A stretch of DNA of 64,000 bases from Mobula hypostoma (GCF_963921235.1 NC_086108.1:110858001-110922000), one strand, 5' to 3'; shown: positions 50,401 through 64,000, counted from the first letter of the stretch. Notes: a model not told the origin generated them from the sequence alone. A program made the numbers and translations.

Positions 50401-51385
50401 ATTGATAGAGTGGGCAGCTGGCACCTTTGTTCCAGGACAGAAGGAACTAATATGAAGGGCAGTGCTTGGAAGAAATTGTAGGGGGGGATGGCAGAGAGTG
50501 GTGGGTGAGTGAATGCGCTGACAGGGTTGGTGGTAGGTTCCATCACGCTGAGCACTGGCGCTCGCTCCTGACCCCCTCCCGCAGGACTGTGTGCTCAGTC
50601 TGCTACTGACTTGCACTGCACTGCCGGATTCCAGCATCATCGTTCACCCATCATACAAGAGCGCTTGGCCTCATCAGCCACAACGATTAGTCGGCGTACA
50701 GAGAGGAGGTGGAGAGGCTTGTCAAACGGTGTGAGAACAACAGCCTGAGTCTTGAGGTGAAGCAAACAAAAGAGGTGAGTGTGGACTTCAGGAAGGCACA
50801 GGTTGACTTCATTGTACTTCAGTGTCTGTGCCTTGGAGAGAGTGGTGAATCTGTGCAATTCATTGCCACAGAAGGCTGTGGAGGGAAGGTCATTGGGTAT
50901 ATTTAAAGTGGAAGTTGCTAGGTTTTTGGTGAGTAAAGTCATCGAAGATTATGGGGAGAATGGGATTAAGAGGGAAGATAAATCAGCCATGATGAAATGG
51001 TGGAGCAGATCTGATGGGCTGAATGGCCAAATTCTGCTCCTATGTTTTATGGTCTATTTAATTTCATGCCATTTTAATATATATACAACGGGTCCCCTTT
51101 CTGTGCTGTTTGTGGGAGTTAGCTGTGTGCAAATATCACCGAGCATTCCTCCAACTTATTCTGTGCTGGTCAGGCAGCAATTATTTAAAAACAGCCAGTC
51201 ATGTACCAGCATCTGTCTCTCTTCTCTCCCTCTCACTCTACGTCCTGACTATCCTCCTTTTCCACTCTCAGTCCTGTCGCAAGGTCTTGACGATCATCAC
51301 GGTTCCCCCAGCAGTTTATATTAGGTTTTGGATTCCATATGTGCTGTATGTTGTGTTTCTAAATTAAACCGATCTTCTGTTGCAG

Positions 51386-51484
51386 AACCAATTAATTATC
51401 CAGATTACAACACTCAGACACGAGGTGGACCAGCTTTATCACAGAGTGGAAAATGCCAAAATGAAGCTGGTCACCGAGATAAAG
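51386..51484 (+). CDS. spata1: SPATA1 coding exon, phase 0 to 0
   Basis: ctgttgcag acceptor, AAG|gtgtgg donor; NQLIIQITTLRHEVDQLYHRVENAKMKLVTEIK. Confidence 0.95.
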
Positions 51485-51684
51485 GTGTGGGCATCAGATC
51501 TGTAATTTAATTTTATTTAACAACACAGCCTGAGTAGGTATTTCTGGCCTTTCGAGTCACTCTACCCCAACAACCTCCGAGTAATCTCATTAATGATGGG
51601 ACAATTTACAATAACCAATTAATTTACTGGTATGCCTTTGGATTGTGGGTGGAAACTGGGGCACCTGATGTAGTGTCCAATATA

Positions 51685-52192
51685 CAGTATCCTACAAAAG
51701 TCTTGGGTACATATGCATTGCCAGGGTCCCTAAGACTTTGCACAGTACTGTAGTAATTTTATGTTTTGCACTGTAAAAAAAAAAAATCATGACATCTGTG
51801 AGTGATGATAAACCTGATTCTGATATGGGTCTCCATTGTGGACTGAGATTAGGGAGGGGGTAGCGAGAGGGGAGTCATTGCAAAAGGGGAAGGATAAGGG
51901 GAGGGAATGGGAAGCACCAGAGAGACGTTCTGTAATGATCAGTAAACCAATTGTTTGGAATTAGAAGACCTTGCCTGGTGTCTCAGGGCTGGGTGTGCCT
52001 GCACCCTTGCCGCCCCCTGCCCCTGGCACTCCTTCTCTGCCACTTCTCCTGTGGCACTCCGTCCTCACCATTCCCACCAGATTTACAAACTCACTATCCG
52101 TTCCACGTTGACCAATACGGTTCTGTGCAAAAGTCTTAGGTGCTCTAGCTATATGTATGTGTACTGTATAGCCAGACTTCTGCACAGTGCTG
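51685..52192. mobile_element. second composite MITE copy, inverted relative to 33764-34474
   Basis: hairpins at 51685-51750 and 52118-52192, each TA-flanked; internal segment is the reverse complement of about 33835-34400. Confidence 0.72.
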
Positions 52193-52399
52193 TAATGATA
52201 TAGAAAATGTCCATGTTATCAGTGCATTACAGAGAACACTGAAAATACGAGTCCTGGACAGGGAGTGTATAGGTTGTGGAATCAGTTCAGTCTTTGGGTG
52301 AGTGAGGTTATCTGTTCAGGAGCCCGATGGTTGAAGGGCAACAACTGTTCCTGAACAAGCTACAAATGAGGCATTGGACAATCCACACCAGGGGTGTGG

Positions 52400-53110
52400 G
52401 AAAAGAGCTACTTTTTAATCAGGGCGGCAATCGAAATTTCAAAGGCAGGGTTCTGCAGCAGTTTCTCTGAGTTGAGGAGTGACCAAACAGCGAGGGGTTC
52501 ATTAGAAAGGGAGCATACAAGTAACACAGGTGCGAGCGGAGTGGCCTTTCGTTTGGGTTGTGCCGGTCTGCAGAGTGGCTTTGGCTCATCAGGCTGAGGT
52601 GAGGTAGATTGTCTTGTAAGTTACTCACTCTCTGTCTCTGTCTCTCCCCTCTCTCCCTTCTGATTTGCTCATTCCTCATCTATCAGTGCGTAGTATAGTG
52701 AGAAAGGCTCTGGGGCAGTGTTTTGAACTGTGAATGGGATGTGGGAAGTCTGGGAGAGGTCCAGTCTTCCAGATAACCACATCTGTACCAGGTGCACCGA
52801 TCTACAGCTCCTGAGAGAACATGTTAAGGACCTGGAGCTACAGCTACCTTTGACATACAGGAGCTACGGGCAGGTGATTGCCCCATAGGTTGCCGGAGAC
52901 CGGTAACTGGGTGACTGTCAGGAGAACAAGGGGAAATACACAACCAGTGCAGAGTAGACCTGTGGCCATTCTCCTCAATAATAAGTATATAACTTTCGAT
53001 ACCTTCTTGGGAGGAGCTACCGTGACTGGGTCTCTGGCCCTGAGGCTGGTGCTGTGGCTCAGAAGAGGACTGCAGTGCTGACAGAAGATTCTTTAGTCAG
53101 AGGAACAGCC
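52400..53110 (+). mobile_element. CR1 5' UTR/ORF1 N-terminal remnant
   Basis: GMWEV...LPDNHICTRCTDLQLLREHVKDLELQL; GNWVTVRR...NNKY. Confidence 0.7.
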
Positions 53111-54064
53111 AGGACACAACATCCATGGTCGACCCCAACCGGCGTGGGCCTCGTATTACCCTAATACCAGAGTGCATACACTTAAGGTTGGGGGGGGGTG
53201 GTAAGTTCGAAGGAGATATGAGGGGCAAGTTTTTTTACACAGCTGAGTGATGGGTACGTGGAATGTGCTGCCTGGGACGGTGGCAGAGGCAGGAACATTA
53301 GGGAAAATGGAAGAATAAGGACATTGTGTAGGCAGGTGATGGGTTTAGTTGGCCTTTTTTCAGAATCAGTTTTAAAATTGCTGGCATATGTTGTGAAACT
53401 TGTGCTGTGGCAGCAGTGCATTGCAATACACAATAATAAAAACTGCCAATTACAGTAAGACGTATATATGTGCATAATAAAAGCTGAAGTAAGTAGTGCA
53501 ATAAAAGTAGTGAGGTAGTGTTCATGTGTTCGATGTCCAGTCAGAAATCTGATGGTGGAGGGGAAGAAGCTGTTCCTGAATTGCTGAGTGTGTCCCTTCA
53601 GGCTCCTGTACCTCCTCCTTGATGGTCGCAGTGAGAGGAGGTGATGGGGGTCCCTAATGATGGATGCAGCCTTTTTGAGGCATCGCTCCCTTGAAGATGG
53701 CCTGGTTACTGGGCAGGCTGGTGCCCATGATGGAGCTGGCTGAGTTTACAACTTCCTGCATCTTATTTTGATCCCGAGTAGTGCACTCCACACCCCTCAC
53801 CTCCCACCCCCACCCCCAAAGGTACAGCACAGAAACAGGCCCTTTGGCTCAACTAGTCTGTGCCCAGAACATTTTACCTGCTTACTCCCATCAACCTGTA
53901 CCAGGACCATAGCCCTCTGTACCCCTACCATCCATGTACCTATCCAAACTGATCTTAAATGTTGAAATTGAGCTCACATGTACCACTTGTGCTGGCAGCT
54001 CATTCCACACTCTCAGGACCCTCTGAGTGAAGAAGTTTCCCCTCATGTTCCCCTTAAACTTTTC

Positions 54065-56422
54065 TTTTTTTTTAAATTTTATTTTTATTTGGATAAGGAA
54101 TTCACAAATATCATGTACTTTTTTCACACATATAACCTTTTCCATTTTTTATATGTATAAAACTATAATTATTTACACATTCTTAAGTACACATTGAGAT
54201 GATATAAAAGGAAATTAGACACTTAAATAGATAATTATGTACTGTGGTAATTCTAAACTATTAGGCTAAGTAATGGTATTAGTTGTTAAGAAAAATGGTA
54301 ATAATAGTTTCCATATAACTCTTCTGGACCATTTCCACTGGTCCAAAATGTTGTATGTAAGCCCATGTACCAACCATTGTAGGTGTTTATATCCTAATTT
54401 GTTCATGCTTGCTCCTGCCCGCAGACATAATTATCCAATCCCCATGTACTTATTTACTTAATTTTTTCATTTTTTATCCCTTTCCCAAATCTTTCCCTTT
54501 ACTTGTGTTAATTCCCTATTTTCCAAAAGAAAACAAAAAAACAAGACATTTAGACTAGGGGTGCTTACGTTAGCAATATTACTATGTTGATGAGAAGAGC
54601 AATATAAATCAGTAGGAGAGTCATCGAAAGTCTGCTCGCATTGGGGTTATATATTCAATCCATTTATTCCAGATTTGATAACATTTTTCTTTTTGAATTC
54701 TCAGGGAGTAAGTCAACTTTTCCATTTTAAATATTTCCAAGATAATTTCGTGCCAATCTTCTAATGTAGGTGGTATTGGATTTAGCCATTTTCTAGTGAT
54801 TGATTTCTTACTTGCCGCTAAGAGGGCCTGCAGCAACTTTATATCTTCCCTTCTGTTCAAGAAACAATACATGCCCCAAATAGAGCGTCTCAAAGTTCAG
54901 AGGTATCTGGGACCTAAGTACCTTAACTAATGTTCTACGAATACCTTCCCAATATAGACTTAATTTAGGGCAATCCCAGAAAATATGAAAATGATTTGCC
55001 TCCTTGGAGCCGCACCTTCTCCAACACATCACATTTGTATCTTTATATTTTTCCTGATATGGGGTCTTGAAGTATCTTATAATGTTTTTCCAACAATGTC
55101 CTCTCCAAGTCAAAGAATTAGTTGAGGACCATTGAAAGCTGCAGATTTTCCCCCAAGCCTCCTCTGAAAGTACCAACCCCGCTTCTTTCTCCCACTTCTC
55201 TTTAATATACAGTGTATTTACATTTTTAGCATGGGAGAGTGCATTATATAATCGAGAAACTGATTTACTAGGTATTGAACTGCAAGCCGAATTCAGAATC
55301 TTGAAAAATTCTAATTCTACTGTTGATAGGTCTGTATATCTACAACTCTGGTTAACATAGTTTCGTACTTGAAGGTACCTAAAAAAGTCATTATGTTCTA
55401 GGCCATGTTTGTCCTGCAGGATTTGGAAACTTTGTAATACTCTTTTATCTATAAATGAGAGGTAGGTTGTAAGACCTTTCTTTATCCATAGCTCAAATCT
55501 TTTATCTCCTCTGTTGGGAAGGAATTCGGTATCATATGCACACCATCTAAAGAGTTTTAACATGTTATTAATTCCACATGAATTAACCACCTTCTGCCAT
55601 ACTTTTAATGTAAGATTTATCCAACTGTTTTTAAATTTTTCCAACTGGGCCATCAATCCTTTGTCAGCTATTGAGGCCTGAAGAGGAAAACTGTCAACTA
55701 ATCCAAATTCTATTTCCTTCCATCTAGCCTTATATTCCCTATTACACCAATATAACAGAGGGGTTATCTGTGAGGCATAAAAATAATTTCTCAGGCAAGG
55801 AAGAACCATACCTCCTCCTTCCTTCCCTAACTGTAAGGTGTTATATCGAATTCTAGGTTTCCTTCCTTGCCAAATGAAGCGGGAAATCCATTTGTCCCAT
55901 TCCCTGAATTGATTATCATCCACCTCCACCGGTAAAGTACGGAAAAGATACAATAACCGAGGAAGAATATTCATTTTTATAGTATTTATCCTTGAATTTA
56001 AACTTAAAAAGGGGATAGGATTCCATCTATGCATATCTGCTTTTATCTCTGAGATTAATGGCCCATAATTTACCTGTGACAGTGTTGAAAGATCCTTCGG
56101 CAGGGTTATTCCTAAATATTTTAATGATTTAGCTTCCCACTTAAGATCGTATGTATCCAGCAATTTTTTGGATGGTGTATAATTTAGGGACATAACATGC
56201 GTTTTCTTTACATTTATTTTATAACCTGATATTTTCCCAAAGTCATCCAACAGTGTAAACAATCCTATAAATGATTTTTCTGGTTCACTCATATAGACTA
56301 AAACATCATCTGCGAATAACGCCACTTTCTGTTCAATCCCTGCCACCTTGATACCTTTTACGATTTCACTCTGTCTTATTAGTTGGGCAAGTGGTTCAAT
56401 ATATAGCGCAAAAAGGAGAGGA
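54065..56422 (-). mobile_element. young 5'-truncated L1 (RT C-terminal half plus Cys-rich domain), inserted in a CR1 fragment
   Basis: 543-aa ORF PLLFALYIEPLA...LFADDVL...KYLGI...CWRRCG..ANHFHIFWDC; poly(A); perfect 15-bp TSD ccccttaaacttttc (54050-54064, 56423-56437). Confidence 0.95.
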
Positions 56423-57237
56423 CCCCTTAAACTTTTCACCTTTCACCCTTAACCCATGACCTCCAGTTGTGGTCCCACCCAACCTCAGTAGAAAAAGCCT
56501 GCTTGCATTTACTCTATTTATACCCCTCATAATTTTGTATACATCAGTCAAATTTCTCCTCATTCTTCTGCGCTCCAGGGAATACAGTCTATTCAATATT
56601 TTGATATAACTCGGGTCTTCCAGTCCCGGCAACGTCCTTGTAAATGTTCTCTGTACTCTTTTGACCTTATTTACATAGTTCCAAAATAGTAGATAGGTGA
56701 TCAAAACTGCACACAATATTCCAAATTAGGCCTCATCAATGTCTTATAGAATTTCAACGTAACATCCCATCTCCTGTACTCAGTACTTTCATTTATGAAG
56801 GCCAATGTGCCTAAGGCTCTCTTTACAACCCTATCTACCTGTGATGAATTAAGAACTTGTCTCCCCAAAACCCTCTTTCTACAGCACTCCTCAGTACCCT
56901 ACCATTCACTTTGTTAGGACCTACCCTGGTTGGTTCTGACGAAGTGCAACACCTCGCACTTGTCTGCATTAAATTCCATCTGCCATTGCCCCAGCTGGAC
57001 AAGATCTCGCTGTAAGCCTTGATAGTCTACCCCACTGTCCAGTACAACCCCAATCTTGGTGTCAACTGTAAAATGATGCAGCCAGCTCGAATGCTCTCCG
57101 TGGTACATCTGAAGAAATTTGTGAGTGTCTTTGGTGACGTGCCAGATTGCTTGGCATCTGTTCCTGTGCTGTGCTGTGCTGCTGTGTGCTTATCCCAGTG
57201 AAATGAACTGTTCCAGTAACTTCTGTTGCCTTTACAG

Positions 57238-57366
57238 TTGAGGAAACAGACGATGTTAGATCTGCGAGCTCTCCGGGCTGAACTGCTACAGAAAAAGATG
57301 CAGTCGTCTCTGAGACGCCAGCCCAGTCACTCCACACCTCGCAGCCCAGACACCTTCACTACTTAA
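57238..57366 (+). CDS. spata1: SPATA1 last coding exon, ending in TAA
   Basis: tttacag acceptor; LRKQTMLDLRALRAELLQKKMQSSLRRQPSHSTPRSPDTFTT*. Confidence 0.93.
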   Translation: MRKQTMLDLRALRAELLQKKMQSSLRRQPSHSTPRSPDTFTT

Positions 57367-57479
57367 CCAGTGCCTCAGGACTGAATCAGCTGCCAGGTCT
57401 TGCAGCTTTGCACCAGCGTCCGCCAGAAACTACCACCCCGCTTCCGAACTCATCAGCATCTCCTCGGCACAACGCGGAA

Positions 57480-58240
57480 GGAATAAACACGAGGGATTCT
57501 GCAGGTGCTGGAAATCCAGAGCAACACACACAAAATGCTGGAGGAGCTCAGCAGGTCAGGCAGCATCTATGGAGGAAAATAAACAGCCAACATTTAAGGA
57601 CAGTTCATCCTCATCTGCAAATCTGTGCATTGTACCTGGTGGTCCTGGTGTGGCCTCCTCTACAGCAGTGAGATTGGGGGACAACTTTGTCAAGCAGCTT
57701 CACTCTGTACACCGCAAAACACAGGATCTCTCAGTGACCACCCATTTCAATCCCACTTCCCATTCCCATCCTGACATGTCTGCTCACGGCCTCGTCTACT
57801 GCCACAATGAGGCTACATTCGGGATGGAGGAGCAACACCTTATATTCTGTCTGGGTAGCCTCTACCCTGTCAGCTGAACATCAATTTCAATAACTTCCGG
57901 TCATTACTACCCCCATCCCCTTCTCTCTTTATCCATTCCCCATTCTGGTTACCCTCACCCCTTCTCTCCTCCCCACCTGCCTATCACCTCCCCCAGTGCC
58001 CCTTCTCCTCCATTTTCTCCCATGGTCCACTGCTGTCCTATCAGATTCCTTCCTCACCTGGTCTCACCTGTCACCTGCCAGCTTGTACTCCTTCCCCTTC
58101 CCCTCCTTATTCCAGCTCCTGCCCCCTTCCTTTCCATTGCTGATGAAATGTCTCAGCACAAAACACTGATTGTTTATTCCTCTCCGTGGACGCTGCCTGA
58201 CCTGCTGAGTTCTTCCAGTATTTTAATATGTGTAGCGCGG
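57480..58240 (+). mobile_element. Penelope-derived fragments immediately downstream of the SPATA1 stop codon
   Basis: RLGDNFVKQL...HFNPTSHSH...EEQHLIFCLGSL; tail copies in both orientations. Confidence 0.75.
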
Positions 58241-58723
58241 AAGGAAATCCTTTTCAACCAGCACATCCTCCGTGTTGGTCATCGATGGAAGTGATGCATT
58301 TCACTGTACGTTTCGATGTACCTGTCTGTAGTAAAGCTAACCTTTCTTCACATTGAGGGATATTTAGTCCAAGGTAGGATTCGGGATTTTCAGGTTGGTT
58401 CAGAAATCTGATGGCAGTGGTGAAGAAGCCGTTGTTGACCCAAGCACTAGTAATCTTGAAGTCAGAGGAGAAACACCTGTCTCTTAATTGACAGAAACAT
58501 CAATTAAGAAGCCAATTAATTGGCAAATTAGTTTAATATGATCAATATACTGAATTACAGTGAAAACTTGCTTTTGCATGTCATGCATCGTTACATCAAT
58601 GCATTGATGTTGAACAAGGGAAAACAATAATAGAAAGGGCCTGAGTTATCGGGAAAGGCTGAACAAGTTAGCACTTTATTCACCACAGTGTAGGAAAATG
58701 AGGGGAGATTTGACAGAGGTATA

Positions 58724-58961
58724 TGTTATGTTTTGTAACTTCAAAATATTAAATTAATTCAAAGGAAGATGCTGGGAGTCCAAAAATGCAAGTTTAACTT
58801 CATCTTTACATTAAGTGAGACAGGCATGTTTCGCATGATGATGTATGCAATTAACTTATTTTTACATATAACCAGTACTGGATTATGTAAATGAACAAGA
58901 ATGCTTAATCAAACAATATATAAGATGACTCAAATATTATTGAAATATGAAATACACAATA
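58724..58961 (-). mobile_element. solo LTR of the same Gypsy family, inserted in a CR1 fragment
   Basis: tgttatgttttgtaac...agaatgcttaatcaaacaatata...tacacaata; imperfect 5-bp TSD gtata/ttata; CR1 sequence resumes on both sides. Confidence 0.75.
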
Positions 58962-61431
58962 TTATACGAAATGATGAGGGGAATAGATGGGGTAAATGCG
59001 AGCAGATTGATTCCACTGAGGTTTGTTGAGAATGGAACTCGAGGTCATAGGTTAAAGGTGGAAGGTGAAATATTTAAAGGGAACACGAGGGGAACTTTGC
59101 TCAGAGAGTGGTACGATTGTGGAACGAGCTGCCAGCTGAAGTGGTGGATGTGGGTTGGATTTCAACATTTAAGAGAAATTTGGATAGGTACATGAATGAG
59201 AAAGGTATGGAGGGCTATGGTCCAGGTGCAGGTCGATGGGATTAGCCAGTGTAACAGTTTGCATGGACTAGATGGGCTGAAAGGCCTGTTTCTGTGCTGT
59301 AGTGTTATATGATTCTATGAATCAAAGGCCAAATAAAGTGCCACAGTTACATAGAAAGTGCGGTGCAGGTAGACAACAAGATGTAAGGCCAGAGGGAAAA
59401 CGTATTCACTCAGAGGGTCACTATAACATTCCAGAAACTGTATGAGGAACAACTCAATCACGCTTAGTGATCAGGGCTCTGTTTGAAATCCTTTGCATTT
59501 TGTCTTTCAGGTGAAAAGAATTTCTGATCATAGTGCAGCAGCCAGCGTAACGGTTTACAGTGCCAGTGATTGGGGTTCAGCTTCCACTGCTTTCTGTAAG
59601 GAGTTGGTATGTTCTCCCTGAGACCATGTGGGTGTCTTCCAGGTGCTCTGCTCTCCTCCCACAGTCCAAAGACCTACCAGTCCATAGGGGTTGGTAAGTT
59701 GAGGGCATGCCATGTTGGCACTGGAACTGAGAAGTTTTTGAATTTTCAGCCCAATGGGACACGGGAGACAAGAGAATGTTCAGATGAGTGGGGTCTTTAT
59801 GCATTCTGAGCTCAGGCGGTGTGTCATCTGAAAGTTTCACATAATAGTCTGCTTCGAAAACTTGAAATCTGTTGTTTCCTCTTTTCCCCTGGTCCAACCT
59901 CGTAGGCTCCAAGGACAATGAAGCTCATCCACTCCCCTACTTCCTCAGGAGGCTGAAGAAATCCGGCATGTCCCCGTCAAACCTGAACAACTTGTATCGA
60001 TGCATCGTAGAGAGTTAGTAAGGCAACAGCTCTGCCCATGACCACAAGAAACTGCAGAGCTGCAGACACATCTCAGCACATCACAGGGACCAGCCTCCCC
60101 TCCACGGACTCGTCCTACACCTCACTGCCTCAGTAAAGCATCATAAAGACCCCCACCCCGGACATTCTTTCTTCTCCCCTCTCCCATTGGGTAGAAGATA
60201 CAAAAGCCTGAAAGCATGTATCACCAGGTTCACGGACAGCTTCCACCCCACTGTTATGACTATTGAACAGCCCCCTGGTGTGACAAGATGGACTCTTGAC
60301 CTCACAGTCCACTTTGTAATGATCATGCACCTTATTGTTTACCTGCCCTGCACTTTCTCTCTAACTGTAACACTATTCAGCATTTTGTTATTGTTTCCCT
60401 TGTCCTACCTCAAGGCACTGATGTGATGAAATGATCTGTAAAGGTGGCATGCCAAAATAAGGAGGTACAGGAGCCTGAAGGCACACGCCAAGTGATTCAG
60501 GAACAGCTTCTTCCCCTCCGCCATCAGATTTCTGAATGCACAATGAACACTACCTCACTACTTTTTCTTTCTCTTTTTGCTCTACTTATTTAATTTAACT
60601 TTAAAAAAATATATTTACTGTAATTTACAGTTTTTAGTATTGCAATGTACAGCTGCAGCAGGACAACAACTTTCATGACTTATGCCAGTGATATTAAAAC
60701 TGATTCTGTCGTTTTTGACTGTGCCTCAGTACATGTGACAATAAAGGCAATTTAATTCTGTTCCACGATATAAAATTCAGGACCTTCATGGACTGTCCTG
60801 AACGTCACTCTATTACCAGAGCTCAGAGAGACAGAGACTCTGACACTGGCATTCTGAGTGAGGTGACAGGTAGCAGATGACCGTCTCAGAGAACTAACAC
60901 TCTCTTCTTCTCAGGACAAACAATAAGAGAAATGTTATCTTCACATGTTATCATGGCTGCGCATCTCAGTGATTCTCCCTGCAGGACTAGTGAAGGCTTT
61001 ATGACATGAGATAGTCCTCATAAATCAGTGTATTAGTGCAGGAGTAGGGAAGTTTCGCTGAATTTATATCAGACATTGGTGAGTATTGTGTGCAGTTCTA
61101 GTCATCTACCTGCAGGAAAGGTATTAATAAGATTGAAAGAGCAAGTCTTGAGGACCTGAGTTATTGGGCAAGGTTGAACAGGTTACAACTTTATTTGTTA
61201 GAGATACAAAAGGGAACAGGCCCTTCTGGCCCAATGAGCTGCTCCACCCAGCAACTCAACCGATTTAACCCTAGCCTAGTAACAAGACAATTTACAATGA
61301 TCAATTAACCCACTAACTGGTATGTCTTTGGACTGTGGGAGGAAAGCAGAGCACTTGGAGAAAGCCCAGGAAGAATGAGCAAACTCCTTACATATCACCT
61401 CTCAATTTACAGTGGACACATCTACGTGCAT

Positions 61432-62297
61432 GTCCATAAGACCAAAAGACATAGGAGCAGAATTAGGCATTTGGCTCCTCGATTCTGCTCCGCCATTCAA
61501 TCATGGCTGATCCTCTTTTTCCTCTCCTCTCCCACACTCCCTGGCCTTCTCCCCGTAACCTTTGATGCCATGTCCAATCAAGAACCCATTAATCTCTGCT
61601 TTAAATACACCCAATGACCTGGCTTCCACAGCTGCTTGTGATAATAACTTCCATAAATTCACCGCCCTCTGGCTAAAGAAATTTCTCCGCATCTCTGTTT
61701 TAAATGGACGCCCCTCTATTCTGAAGCTGTGCCCTCTTGTCCTAGACTCCCCCACCATGGGAAACATCCTTTTCACGTCTATTCTGTCGAGGCCTTTCAA
61801 CATTTGAAAGGTTTCAATGAGATTCCCCCTGAATTCCAGAGAGTACAGACCCAGGGCCATCAAATGTTCCTCATATGATAATCCTTTCATTCTCAGAATC
61901 ATCCTTGTGAACCTCCTCTGGACCCTCTCCAATGCCAGCACATCTTCTCTAAGATGAGGGGCCAAAAACTGTTCAGAATACTCAAGATGAGGCTTCACCA
62001 GTGCTTTAGAAAGCCTCAGCATCACCTCCCTGCTCTTGTATTCTAGACCTCTTGAAATGAATGCTAACATTGCATTTGCCTTCCCCACCACTGACTCTAC
62101 CTGCAAGATAACCCTTAGGGTGCTCTGCAGAAGGACTCCCAATTTCCTTTGCATCTTAGATTTCCAGATTTTCTCTCTGTTTAGAAAATAGCCTGCACAT
62201 TTATTTCTACTACCAAAGTGCATGATGATGCATTTTCCAACATTGTATTTAATTTGCCAGTTTCTTGCCCATTCTCCTAATCTGTCTAAGTCCTGCA
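61432..62297 (-). mobile_element. 5'-truncated CR1
   Basis: 240-aa ORF MHFGSRN...KANAML...PHLEY...RTRGHS. Confidence 0.9.
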
Positions 62298-62670
62298 GAC
62301 CTTTGCACCATGGCTGCCTTCATCTTATGAGAGACGGCGCACTACACGATCAAGTTTATCTATGCCTGCTCATGCTGTTTCTATTCCTGATGCGAGAACC
62401 TACACACTGGATAGAAGCTTCCTTCACTGTTATCAGAATTTGGAACAGCCTTCCAGATGCTGTGGTTGGAAATATCTGCGACGATGGGGTCCAAGCCTTC
62501 AAGAGTCGAGTGCACAAACACCTATCATCTCTGGGAGGGAAGTCATATGCTTCTTCATAAGCTATCGTGAAGGGGACCAGGATGGCAATGCTTGGTTGTT
62601 GGTAGGTAGGGTTAATACCTGACTTTAAAGAGCACTTGTGAGTTATGTTCCGGCTGGACTTAAACTGCTG
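62298..62670 (+). mobile_element. 3' end of a different LINE family (CR1/L2/Jockey group, unassigned)
   Basis: MPAHAVSIPDARTYTLDRSF...IRIWNSLPDAVV...FKSRVHKHL, the WNxLP...FK motif typical of ORF2 C-termini. Confidence 0.6.
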
Positions 62671-64000
62671 GAGAGCAGTACGGAAAGAACAGGTCCTGTT
62701 TTCTCCCGGTAGGGATTAGTTTTTAGTTCCAAGTGCTCCTGTCACGTTTTGTCACCCTGCAACCTTATCCTTCAATCTCTTTGAATTATGAAGGACAGCA
62801 TGTGTATAAATGTCTCTCTCCAGCAGACTTCATCATGATCATCATGACCCCAGTATTTCTACTATTTTTTAATTGTATATATGATTTTTTTGTGGTCTGT
62901 CACTGAGCAGCAATGAACCATCTGATTGGCCTATCAGAGTTCTCTTTGACAACTAGTTGACTTGATCAGCATTTCTGATCTGGCTATTGTTCTCGATTGC
63001 ATTTAATAAAAAAAAGTTCTTCTGCCTCCTACCTGTTTCCTCAACACTACCTGCCCCTCCACCAATCTTCGTATAATTTGCAAACTTGGCAACATAGCCA
63101 TCTATCCACCATCCAAATCATTGATATACAGCATAAAAAGAAGCGGTCTTTGGGATGTGGGAGGAATCTGGAGCACCCGGTCACAGGAAGGAGATACAAA
63201 CTTCCTTCAGGGGATGCAGAATTGAACTCCGAATTCCAAATCCCCGAATTGTAATAGTGTTGTGCTAACTGCTGTGGCACCCCTTCCCTGGAGCGTAGGA
63301 AGATGACTGGAGATTTGATAGAAATATATATAATTATGACAGATGTGGACAGGATAAATGCAAGCAGGCTTTCTCCACTGAGGGTGAGTGAGGAGTGAGA
63401 CTAGAACGAGAGGTCATGTGTTAAGGGTGAAAGGTGAAATGTTTGAGGGGAACCCAAGCATGGTTCGAAGGGCCTGTTTCTCTGCTCTGTGAAGTTTGAT
63501 CAGTAAGTTATCAGGTATTATAGTGAAGAAGTGTCAGTTATGGAAGTAGGTTGAGGAGTAGCAAATGGATCTCAATATGGATAAGTATGGGGTGATGTAT
63601 TTTGGAAAGCCAAACTAGTGTGGGACTTATACTGTGAATGATGGGGCACTTGGCAGCATAAAGGAACAGAGGGGTCTAGGTGTACTAGTGGATAGTTTGT
63701 TGAATGTGGCATCACAGGTAGACAGGATGGTGAAAAATTTACTGATGACACACACAGTTGTTGGTAGAGTTTCAGATGGTGATGAGGAGGCGTACAGGAG
63801 TAAGACAGATCAACTAGTTGAGTGGTGTCACAGCAGCAACCTTGCACTCGATGTTAGTAAGACCAAGGAATTGATTATGGACCAGGAAGGGGCAGTCGAG
63901 GGAACACACACTAGTCCTCATCAAGGGATCAGCAGTGGAAAAGGTGAGCACTTTCAAGCTCCTGAGCATCAACATCTCTGAAGATCTATCCTGGGCCCAA

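Noticed and set aside
57400..64000. Last exon of a convergent neighbour such as CTBS (adjacent to SPATA1 in human, by recall)
   Set aside because: I found no chitobiase-like translation on the minus strand in the unique segments

Overview
Eukaryotic, repeat-saturated vertebrate genomic DNA. The CR1/Penelope/V-SINE repeat mix suggests a cartilaginous fish, probably a ray (inference). No prokaryotic features are present. The window holds ten phase-consistent coding exons, plus one candidate, of a plus-strand SPATA1 orthologue (14543-57366). Most are invisible in the ORF track, and the first coding exon was not found, so it probably lies upstream. The introns are nested mobile elements: CR1 LINEs (two young near-identical copies), L1, Rex1/Babar, Penelope-like fragments, an IR/DR Tc1, SINEs, MITEs and LTR elements. 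The best finding is a minus-strand Gypsy-type LTR retrotransposon remnant (about 15786-24718: LTR-PBS-gag...protease...pol tail-PPT-LTR) whose RT/RNaseH/integrase region is replaced by a spliced RBM25 cDNA. The cDNA is apparently in frame with the protease region, and a second copy of the same RBM25/pol junction sits in the leader. This looks like host-gene capture by an LTR element. All protein identities come from my recall of the families, not from database searches.
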